Source of the DNA: Fibrobacterales bacterium
GTDB lineage: Bacteria; Fibrobacterota; Fibrobacteria; Fibrobacterales; JAOPTW01
DNA length: 19,800 nt
Reading direction: 5' to 3'
NCBI GenBank assembly: GCA_051532035.1
Contig: JAOPTW010000046.1
Location: 1-19,800 of the forward strand
Made by a program: the position numbers and the translations under genes. The notes under the pieces were generated by a model. That model did not search any database. It was given only the letters and a program-made list of their open reading frames with translations, and had not been told where the DNA came from. Below are positions 7,826 through 15,825 of this stretch, in pieces. Numbering within the stretch: position 1 is the stretch's first letter; each line of letters opens with the position of its first letter.

Positions 7826-10800
7826 ATGTTCAAAAGATTATTACTACTAACGGTTCTTTTGCTTACAGTAAATGGAGTAGCACAGAGTGATGAAGAGCTT
7901 GACTCTCTCTGGAGTATCTATGGAACCAGTCAGAATTGGAATGGATCGAGATGGGACTCACTAGATATTGTAAGAATTGGAGAAAATGAATTTGCTATTC
8001 GTCATGATAGTACCGTTGCGGGATACTATTTTGGGTTTAGAAATGCTACAACATGTGGTAATAACGTCGATAAAATAAATGTATATACCCAGGAGCTTAC
8101 CCTCAATCCGGTTTCACAATCATTACCGAACTATAGGTTTGTTTTACTGAAAGATGGTAGTACGCCTGAGGGTTACATTGTTAAAGCGGTCACCGCTCAC
8201 CCCACTACAGTTATTGATTCTCACACAGAGCACTTTAATAAAGGGGAATGGGTCAAAATAATGATACCATGCCCTGATGTTGGGGTAGGATATGGTAATA
8301 AAAATGATAAAGCGATATTAATAGGTGGAAAAACCTTAAGTAATATTCTTCTTCCAGCCATTGAGGATGATGTTACAGACTCTCTAGTTTTTATGCCAGT
8401 TCCAAATCCTTTAGTTCCTGATCCGATAATAGGTTTAACGGTACCTAAAGCGCTACAGGTTGGGTATGAGGATAGCTCTTCTCTTGTAATAACTGGAATC
8501 ACAGGAACGATAGATGATTTGAGTGATCTTGTGTTAACTGTAACAGGTGGTGCGGGTATTAGCTCTGTTATAATCACAGAAGTATCTTATGGAAACTGGT
8601 CTTTAGGAGTGGTACCAACAAAAGACTATTTTGGAAAAACCTCTATAGATCTCATTATGACTGATACATTAGGGCGTAAAGAGACTGCTTCAATCCCCGT
8701 TGAATTTCTTGCGGTAAATGATAAACCAGCAGTTGTGTTGACTAACACAATCAACATTGTAGAAGGTCAAGGTGATACATTAAACATTATGGATTATCTC
8801 AAACAATATACCCTAGGCCCAAGTAATGAGTCGATTCAGAAAGTTAAACAGTTTGCGATACTCTCATATGATACAAGTCGTTTGGAAAGTATCAGTATTG
8901 AAAATGATTCGACGCTGATTATACAAACGAGTACTGTGTCTCAAACGATAACAGACTCTATAAGGCTGATGCTCTATGATAATGGTGGTACAGACTATAC
9001 TGGTACAGACTCTACTGAGTTTATACTTGTATACACGATTCAGTATACTAAAAGAGGGCCGGTATTGTCAGTCCCCGACTCTTCAGTTATAGGTTACGAA
9101 GATGCTGTATTGGTTATTGATGAGATACAGGGATCTGATCATGATGGTGGCGTACTTACCCTTTCGGTATCAAGTACTCATAACGTTATTAAGGCAATTC
9201 AAGTTTTTGAAAATAAAGATGGTATTTGGGGGATGTCGATAACTCCAAAAGAGGACGTGTACGGCAAAGATAGTGTTACGCTGGTCCTCACAGATGATTC
9301 AGGGTTAAGTGATACGGCTCAGATTGCAGTAGAATATTTGTCGGTAAATGATCAGCCAAAAATTTTAAGAAAGAGTGAGTTGTCGTTTTGGACAGGGAAA
9401 TCTTTTTCAATAAACCTCGAAGACTATATAGCTTATACATTAGGTCCTGAAAATGAGTCGGACCAACGACTCCAAGATATAGAGATCCAAAAGATTGTTG
9501 GTGGAGTGTTTGAAGGTGAGGTGACAATTGCTGATGGTGTTCTCACTGGAGTGATTCCTGAAGGAACATTGTCAAGTACTGGAGCATTTCAGTTTAAACT
9601 CGTTGATGATGGTGGTGTGCAGAATAATGGTGTGAATGCGTCAGAAAATTTTATTCAGTATTTTACCGTTAATAATGCAAACCAAACAGAAATTGAAATT
9701 GACTCTATAGATCTTGTTGATACAGTAATGACTGAGGGGCCGTTTAAAACAGTTTTTACCAATGGAGAAACCGCTATCATACATATTAGTTATGGTGATA
9801 AAGATAGTGCAGTGGTGGTTGAAAATATTGAAAACGATACGTTGGTGACGATTATAGCACATCACCCTCATGATCAATTTCCAGATACCGCATCAGTTCT
9901 GGTAAAATACAATGCTACTCCACCAATCATCTCATTGCTGCCTGAGGGGCGTTCAGAAGCGCAGGCGCCATTTGGTCAGGGGTCTTATTGGGTGAGTGAC
10001 GGTAAAGAGATTAAGGGCACTTATGTGGAGAAAAAAGGGTCGGTTGAGACTGTATGGACTCATGATGAAACTCTTGAACTCCATATGGTTGTTACTAAAA
10101 TAGATCTGGATGGAGAAGAAGTGGTTACCCATTCACAATATTCATTAGATAGTGAAGGATCACTAAATAGAGGTGAACAGGAGCGGTGTGTACAAGAGAC
10201 GGACCTCTATAGAAACACTACTCAGTTCTGTTTTACGGTTCGGTTTGATACTGAAGACCCAGAAATTGAATTTATTACCCCTTCTGAAACAGTGAAAAAG
10301 AGTAGTAGTTCACTATTGGTTACCTATAATGGAATTTTTGACCTATATAATGATGATAAGCTTGATACGTTTCGAATAGAAGAACCTGATGTGAGAGTAT
10401 TTGATGGATCGGGCAACCACCAAATATCGGTCTCATATACTGATGCCTATGGCAATACTACTACGGCAACCACAGCTGTTACAGTAGTAATACCAGACCC
10501 AGCAATTAATATATCACTTGAAAAAAATATTCAAGTTGTTGATCCTGAAGCATGGCCTCTTGCAAACCCAGAAGAGCATTTTAATCGTATCTATATCTAT
10601 AACACCAATGAACAGAGTTTTGATGATCGTGGCGGTGATATGGCTAATAGAGATCAATATGGTATTCTCCCCGAGCCAAATAGTGATCGGGTTGAGTATG
10701 ATGCAACAGGTTTTGTGGTTTCACTCACCGTAACACTTCCTCCACTTGTTGCGGTTAATGGTGTCTTGAATTGGTCTCATTACGTAACAGTGTTTTATTA

Positions 10801-11086
10801 TGTCTATGATCCTATTGGTCAGTTTGTAGCAAAAATTGCTCAGCGGATTGTTATCGATAAACCAGAGTATATTAATGAAGAGGATAAGGTGATTATCAAA
10901 AGCCAAATCTTCCCTCAAAAAGGATACATGGAAAATCAAACAGGTCGTGAGTTGGGTAGTGGGGTCTATATAATGAATGGGTATGTAGAAACAGTATCTG
11001 AGCCCAATAAGGACATGTTTAAAAACATAAAAGCCCAAAGTACTAAAATGCCTATTAGACTAAAGCAGGGCTATGTTAAAGATTAA
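7826..11086 (+). CDS. Large secreted/surface protein with a duplicated cadherin/Ig-like stalk (GYED..VNDxP) and a T9SS-CTD-like C-terminal module; head domain unassigned
   Basis: 1086-aa ORF with a Sec-type signal peptide (MFKRLLLLTVLLLTVNGVA), VNDKP/VNDQP cadherin-like linkers, a 210-aa internal duplication and C-terminal YDPIGQFV...GRELGSGVYI...QGYVKD. The CDS itself is secure; the product is inferred. Confidence 0.8.
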   Translation: MFKRLLLLTVLLLTVNGVAQSDEELDSLWSIYGTSQNWNGSRWDSLDIVRIGENEFAIRHDSTVAGYYFGFRNATTCGNNVDKINVYTQELTLNPVSQSLPNYRFVLLKDGSTPEGYIVKAVTAHPTTVIDSHTEHFNKGEWVKIMIPCPDVGVGYGNKNDKAILIGGKTLSNILLPAIEDDVTDSLVFMPVPNPLVPDPIIGLTVPKALQVGYEDSSSLVITGITGTIDDLSDLVLTVTGGAGISSVIITEVSYGNWSLGVVPTKDYFGKTSIDLIMTDTLGRKETASIPVEFLAVNDKPAVVLTNTINIVEGQGDTLNIMDYLKQYTLGPSNESIQKVKQFAILSYDTSRLESISIENDSTLIIQTSTVSQTITDSIRLMLYDNGGTDYTGTDSTEFILVYTIQYTKRGPVLSVPDSSVIGYEDAVLVIDEIQGSDHDGGVLTLSVSSTHNVIKAIQVFENKDGIWGMSITPKEDVYGKDSVTLVLTDDSGLSDTAQIAVEYLSVNDQPKILRKSELSFWTGKSFSINLEDYIAYTLGPENESDQRLQDIEIQKIVGGVFEGEVTIADGVLTGVIPEGTLSSTGAFQFKLVDDGGVQNNGVNASENFIQYFTVNNANQTEIEIDSIDLVDTVMTEGPFKTVFTNGETAIIHISYGDKDSAVVVENIENDTLVTIIAHHPHDQFPDTASVLVKYNATPPIISLLPEGRSEAQAPFGQGSYWVSDGKEIKGTYVEKKGSVETVWTHDETLELHMVVTKIDLDGEEVVTHSQYSLDSEGSLNRGEQERCVQETDLYRNTTQFCFTVRFDTEDPEIEFITPSETVKKSSSSLLVTYNGIFDLYNDDKLDTFRIEEPDVRVFDGSGNHQISVSYTDAYGNTTTATTAVTVVIPDPAINISLEKNIQVVDPEAWPLANPEEHFNRIYIYNTNEQSFDDRGGDMANRDQYGILPEPNSDRVEYDATGFVVSLTVTLPPLVAVNGVLNWSHYVTVFYYVYDPIGQFVAKIAQRIVIDKPEYINEEDKVIIKSQIFPQKGYMENQTGRELGSGVYIMNGYVETVSEPNKDMFKNIKAQSTKMPIRLKQGYVKD
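8420..9680 (+). repeat. Protein-level tandem duplication (2 x ~210 aa) within ORF 7826-11086; boundaries approximate
   Basis: GYED starts at 8462 and 9092 (630 nt apart). Paired motifs: WSLGVVPTKDYFGKTS / WGMSITPKEDVYGKDS, VEFLAVNDKP / VEYLSVNDQP, YTLGPSNES / YTLGPENES, LYDNGG / LVDDGG. Confidence 0.85.
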
Positions 11087-11132
11087 GAGAAGTGATGACG
11101 TTGCTTGTTTAGAATTTTGATTTCACCAATCA

Positions 11133-11144
11133 AGTTTGTATACA
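11133..11144. promoter_or_regulatory. Putative operator site 1 (AGTTTGTATACA; TGTATACA palindromic core)
   Basis: Exact reverse complement of 11222-11233. Resembles GntR/FadR-type TTGTATACAA operators. Confidence 0.5.
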
Positions 11145-11219
11145 TGTCTTTAAAAATTTTACTTTTAAACACTGATTTTTGGACCACTGTTGCGGAATGT
11201 TGATTCATAATGTAAATTA

Positions 11220-11233
11220 TTTGTATACAAACT
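11220..11233. promoter_or_regulatory. Putative operator site 2 (perfect 12-bp palindrome TTTGTATACAAA, 11220-11231)
   Basis: Lies ~80 bp upstream of the fibro-slime gene start and just downstream of a weak sigma70-like TTGCGG-N17-TAAATT (11190-11218). Confidence 0.55.
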
Positions 11234-11307
11234 GGGGTGTGTATAGTCTGTAACGGGGGTGAACAGATAGCCTGGTTTGGGGTAAACCGTTACGTTATGA
11301 GGTGACT

Positions 11308-14300
11308 ATGTCATTATCGCTGTGCTTGAGAAATGTTTCTCTGTTTCTTATTGTTGTGTCTGGATTAAGTTTTTCAAAAACCCTTCATATATATAATCCT
11401 TGGGATGATACTCATGTACGGATAACTACTCGTTATGGTGATACTCGGCTTGCAAATATAGATCAGAGCAATTGTGGGTGGTATACCTTTGAGTATTATG
11501 ATGAATCTTTAGAAATTAAATTGACCAATGTTAGAAATGATACTGTAGGCTCAGCTTGGTATAGCCTCAAGACCTTAGGGAATGTTGCATGGGTCTGGGA
11601 AAATAGTGGTGCTCTAACATCACAAAGTACTAAGCCAAGTGGTAAGGAAAGTCATTGTTTGGGTATTTTAAGTGCTCAAATATTTGACTGGAAAGAAGGT
11701 GAATTTAGTGATGCCTTTCAGGGGGGCGGAGGGTGTAAAGATTATGATGATGCCAACAGATACGGGCTTGTCAATAATCAACTTAATGCAAATGGGCTTC
11801 CTACTCCAACTTCTTCAGCGCAAGAGAAGTGTAGAGCTGGTGAGGTGACGAATTGGTTTCAGCCTGACCCTGTGATTCCAAATGAATCATGTTATGAACT
11901 TACGATGAAGGACAATAGTGGCTCTGGTACCTTTACCGTTTCATGGTTAGGAGCTAATGGCTTTTTCCCAATAGATACTGTTAAGCCAAGCTCCCCTAAA
12001 AACTCCTATCTAGATGTCATTACAAAAAACCAGTTGGGTTCAAGTAATACCTATACTCATAATTATCACTTTTGTATGATGACAAATACAACGTTTACTT
12101 ATAAGGCAGGTCAAGAATTTACTTTTACAGGGGATGATGATGTATGGGTTTTTATTAATAATGAATTACAAATTGATTTGGGAGGTGTCCATGGTCAAGA
12201 TTCACGGACACTAAAGTTAGATACCATAACAGTATTGACTTCTTCAGACATTGGTAAACAACAAGACTTTGATCTCTTCTATTGTGAGCGACAAGAAAAC
12301 GGATCGAATTTACAAATTCAAACAAATATTGACTTTAAACCCAATACTGTCTATTGGAATGAGTCTATCAATGACTCAACCTGGAATGTTGTTGAGGGAA
12401 ATGAGATAACTCAAGGTTGTGGAGCTTCGGAATCAATTATTATTGCAGAATCAGAATTTTATATTGTGCGAGATAGTCCTGATACTACAAAGGCAATTAT
12501 GAAGCCGGATGTAATTGTTGCAGGAGGAAGCTATTTTGGCGGAGGTTTTACTATAAATGCTACAGGGGACCAATTTAAAATAAATGAAGCGACGCTTTCT
12601 CAAAACTTGGTTGATGGAGGAGTAATCCTAACACCTGGCTCTTATTACTTAGTACATAGAACTAAAGGGGCTGGACGGTCTGATTTTGGATATGTGCCTT
12701 TCACTGTTTATCCTGAAATTTCATTTGTTAATAATACTTTATCTCAACAGGAGGATGCAAATAATGGTATTGTACAGATCATAGTTGAGTTGGACACGAG
12801 TGTCACTGAAGATGTTGTATTTCGAATAAGCTCAAGGGATAGTACAGCGACGGCAGGAACAGACTATACTGTAATTGATCAAGAAGTTACGATAACACCA
12901 GGAAAAGATAGAGCAATCATAAAGCTTAGTGTAGTTGTAGATAGTCTTGTCGAAAATAATGAACATATAGTATTTACTCTTACACCGGTTTCACAAGCAG
13001 TCCTAGGTTCATCAAACAAGTTGGTTCACACAATCCTCAATGATGATGTTATGCCAGTTATATCAAATGCCCTGAAAGACACAACGATACTTGAAGATAG
13101 TGGATCTATAACGATCCCCCTCTCTCCAGTATTTAGTAGTAGTGAAGAACTAAGCTATAGCTATGTACTACAAAATGGTACTGATGCACCAATCATTGCA
13201 ACAATATCGGGCTTGTCGGGAAGTGAAGAATTACAGATAGCTACAAGAAAAAATCAGAATGGGGTTGAACTGGTGATGGTCACAGCAACATCGGCTAAGG
13301 GCCTCTCAGTTACTGATACCTTTCAGGTGGCGGTGACGCCTGTCAATGATAAGCCAACGATAACTATGGCGGATGGTTCAGATGCAGGGAGTGTAACAGT
13401 AAGCCCCAATACTATAGAAATTGTTGAAACTCAGTTTGTTACAGTGGGCGATGTAGAAACAGCAGCCAAAGATTTGACGGTCATCATAACAAAGATTGGT
13501 AATGTTGTAACACTCCCTTTTGATAGCGTAGTCATTGCTTCTGTAACCGGAAAAGAGGAGCAGCGATCAATAGATATGGCCTTTGCAGATGCAGAGAAAC
13601 GTTTGTTTGAGGTAGAAGTTACGGTTACTGATGGCGAAGATAGTACTTCAATTATTATCACTGTTGAAATTACCGATGAATTTAGAATAGTAAAGTATGA
13701 TGGGCCAAGTCAAAAAGAAGATACATCATTTGATATTATTAACAGTGATCTCGAATATTTTAATTTGGGATCGGCTGCAAAAACTGATGTTGCTATCACC
13801 CTCAAAGACAGTGTAAACGCGATTAATAACCACTACACCCTTACAGGGAATCAGGTGATACCAGAGCCCGATTTTAATGGTTGGCTTGATATTGAAGTGT
13901 ATGCAGTATTAAATGGCCTCCCTACATATAAGGTTATTAAAGTGCCGGTAGACAATGTGAATGATCTTCCCTACGATGTTGCCCTCTCGGACAGTTCTTT
14001 TAACGAGAACGTAACGGTGTGTCATGAACTTACCGCAAAAGATGATGATGGCGACTCCTTAACTTTTTTCATAGAGGGGAGTGATTATTTCACAATTGAA
14101 AATGGTACACAGCTTTGTTCAAAACCAGGGACAATTGATTACGAAGCAATGCAAAGTGGTGAAGTTCGCATTAAAGTAACCGATGGTGTTGATACCATTC
14201 AGGTCGACATCCCTTTTGATGTCATAGATGAACTAGAGTATTCAACAGGAGTGATAGACTCAGTCACTAATGTTGCTGATGAGCTCTATCGTACCCCAGA

Positions 14301-15687
14301 GAGTGATAGTGTGCATGTATTGACTAAAACTGATAGTGTTGTAGTGTACTATTCAATTGATGGGGTAGAAGAACAACAGCAAGAAATAATTGTGCTCGAG
14401 TCATCAGAACATAATAATAAAACAGACCATATCATTTTGGCTTTAAACCCTGTAACAAATAGTGCTGACACCCTAGTCGTTACTATTAGTCATAATAATC
14501 AAGAACCGAGTATTGTCATTACAGAAAGCGATACTACTATAGGAGTGATAAATGGGGAAGAGGTGGTTCGATTAATCAACCCATTTACTAAAGAGATACA
14601 GGGAAGTGTGACCTATGATGGTAATCGCATAGATACGATTTACACGAATAATAAAAAGCTTGTCGTTGATAAGTTTGTCGCACTGATTGGCAAAGATCTC
14701 TCTGTCGAGACGACTCAAAGTATTTTCTCACTTGAGAATTATACTCTCGTTGAAGATAGTTTTAATGCGATTACCGACTCAGTAACCGACCTTTTTGGTA
14801 ATACAACCTATTATACTCTGCAGGTGTGGTACGATACGACGGCTCCATCAGTTAATATTGTAGACCCTGCATCGGGATATACTACACAGCTCTCTTCTAT
14901 TGATGTAGGGTGGCTTGTTGTCGATGAAGGATCGCCCATGCCTTTTAGAGATCTAGAAACTGTATCCCTTGGTACCACGCCGGTGGTACGAAGCTATGCT
15001 GATAAAGCGGGAAATATTGGGGCAGATACGGTGGCAGTTTTTGTCGCTATTCAGGATGTTATTGCAGAACTTGATATGCCAGAAAAGATGATTGTTGTTG
15101 ATGAGGGATTGCCAGAAAATACCGAATATGCAACGGGAGCTTATTTTGTAAATCAAGGTAAATACTCACCATCTAAAGGAAGAAATATTCCAGTGTTTAC
15201 TGAGAAATTGAATGGTAAAAAAGATGCTGTTCAATCATCATTAAATGAAATAGAATATGGAGAGATGAGGGGGGCAGAAATAGTTGTTAAAATGACACTG
15301 CCTTCTCGGTATCCCTTAAATGCAGAAGGGGAACCAATGAGAAATGAAGCGCCTATCTGGGAAAATTATATTTCTGGTGAGGTGATGCTTTATGATATGG
15401 TCGGTCAGTTTTTAAAAAGACATACTTTTAGACTACCTGCTGATGACCCAGTTTTTTACGATGAAAAGGGTAATGTTATTCTTCGGTATATACTATTTAT
15501 GGAAGGTGAGGATGGGGATGTCGCACTTAAATCTCAAAGCGGTAGAAAGCTTGGAGCAGGCATCTATATTTTGACTGGTAGGTTTGTTGGTGAGTCGATT
15601 CCTATTAATACAGATACGTGGTTGCTGTCTCAAAAGGTTGTGGTTCAAGAAAGATTTAAGTTTGGCTATCGACGTATTATTGAATAA
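11308..15687 (+). CDS. Fibro-slime (PA14-related) domain surface protein with Calx-beta, cadherin-like repeats and a T9SS-CTD-like C-terminal module
   Basis: Signal-peptide-like N-terminus. Fibro-slime signature HNYHFCM..TFTY..GQEFTFTGDDDVWVFINNELQIDLGGVH..DFDLFYCERQENGSN (~12058-12330). Calx-beta ISF..ED..TATAGTDY..DSLVENNE..TILNDD (~12718-13047). Cadherin motifs VNDKP, NVNDLP, AKDDDGD, IDYE. ATG 11308 is preferred over GTG 11302 because the GTG lies within the SD-like GAGGTGA (11299-11305). Confidence 0.88.
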   Translation: MSLSLCLRNVSLFLIVVSGLSFSKTLHIYNPWDDTHVRITTRYGDTRLANIDQSNCGWYTFEYYDESLEIKLTNVRNDTVGSAWYSLKTLGNVAWVWENSGALTSQSTKPSGKESHCLGILSAQIFDWKEGEFSDAFQGGGGCKDYDDANRYGLVNNQLNANGLPTPTSSAQEKCRAGEVTNWFQPDPVIPNESCYELTMKDNSGSGTFTVSWLGANGFFPIDTVKPSSPKNSYLDVITKNQLGSSNTYTHNYHFCMMTNTTFTYKAGQEFTFTGDDDVWVFINNELQIDLGGVHGQDSRTLKLDTITVLTSSDIGKQQDFDLFYCERQENGSNLQIQTNIDFKPNTVYWNESINDSTWNVVEGNEITQGCGASESIIIAESEFYIVRDSPDTTKAIMKPDVIVAGGSYFGGGFTINATGDQFKINEATLSQNLVDGGVILTPGSYYLVHRTKGAGRSDFGYVPFTVYPEISFVNNTLSQQEDANNGIVQIIVELDTSVTEDVVFRISSRDSTATAGTDYTVIDQEVTITPGKDRAIIKLSVVVDSLVENNEHIVFTLTPVSQAVLGSSNKLVHTILNDDVMPVISNALKDTTILEDSGSITIPLSPVFSSSEELSYSYVLQNGTDAPIIATISGLSGSEELQIATRKNQNGVELVMVTATSAKGLSVTDTFQVAVTPVNDKPTITMADGSDAGSVTVSPNTIEIVETQFVTVGDVETAAKDLTVIITKIGNVVTLPFDSVVIASVTGKEEQRSIDMAFADAEKRLFEVEVTVTDGEDSTSIIITVEITDEFRIVKYDGPSQKEDTSFDIINSDLEYFNLGSAAKTDVAITLKDSVNAINNHYTLTGNQVIPEPDFNGWLDIEVYAVLNGLPTYKVIKVPVDNVNDLPYDVALSDSSFNENVTVCHELTAKDDDGDSLTFFIEGSDYFTIENGTQLCSKPGTIDYEAMQSGEVRIKVTDGVDTIQVDIPFDVIDELEYSTGVIDSVTNVADELYRTPESDSVHVLTKTDSVVVYYSIDGVEEQQQEIIVLESSEHNNKTDHIILALNPVTNSADTLVVTISHNNQEPSIVITESDTTIGVINGEEVVRLINPFTKEIQGSVTYDGNRIDTIYTNNKKLVVDKFVALIGKDLSVETTQSIFSLENYTLVEDSFNAITDSVTDLFGNTTYYTLQVWYDTTAPSVNIVDPASGYTTQLSSIDVGWLVVDEGSPMPFRDLETVSLGTTPVVRSYADKAGNIGADTVAVFVAIQDVIAELDMPEKMIVVDEGLPENTEYATGAYFVNQGKYSPSKGRNIPVFTEKLNGKKDAVQSSLNEIEYGEMRGAEIVVKMTLPSRYPLNAEGEPMRNEAPIWENYISGEVMLYDMVGQFLKRHTFRLPADDPVFYDEKGNVILRYILFMEGEDGDVALKSQSGRKLGAGIYILTGRFVGESIPINTDTWLLSQKVVVQERFKFGYRRIIE

Positions 15688-15746
15688 GGGTAGTTGCCTT
15701 TAAGCGTAGAAGAGATCAACGACAGTTGTATCAGTTAGGATTAGAA

Positions 15747-15789
15747 ATAAAAAAGACCCCTCTCAGAATATGAGAGGGGTCTTTTTTAT
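15747..15789. terminator. Bidirectional intrinsic terminator between the convergent fibro-slime gene and hflC
   Basis: Perfect 19-bp inverted repeat ATAAAAAAGACCCCTCTCA-GAATA-TGAGAGGGGTCTTTTTTAT with A6/T6 tracts on both sides. Confidence 0.93.
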
Positions 15790-15825
15790 GGTATATTACC
15801 AACAATAGTAAATTGCGATACTTGT

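Noticed and set aside
11149..11169. TTTAAAA-N7-TTTTAAA dyad between the two operator-like sites
   Set aside because: Pure A/T and expected by chance. There is no GC stem, so it is not a terminator for ORF1.
11302..11307. GTG start at 11302 for the fibro-slime gene
   Set aside because: It lies inside the SD-like GAGGTGA. ATG 11308 fits ribosome-binding geometry better, though this is unproven.
7826..15687. N-x-S/T glycosylation sequons in the two large proteins
   Set aside because: Roughly 15 each, which is not clearly above what the high Asn/Ser/Thr content predicts, unlike the D-[ST]-hydrophobic motif.
7533..15746. Genomic island or mobile element status for the adhesin block
   Set aside because: No integrase, transposase, tRNA or flanking direct repeats seen, and the protein families look native to the inferred lineage. 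I could not compute GC or codon statistics.
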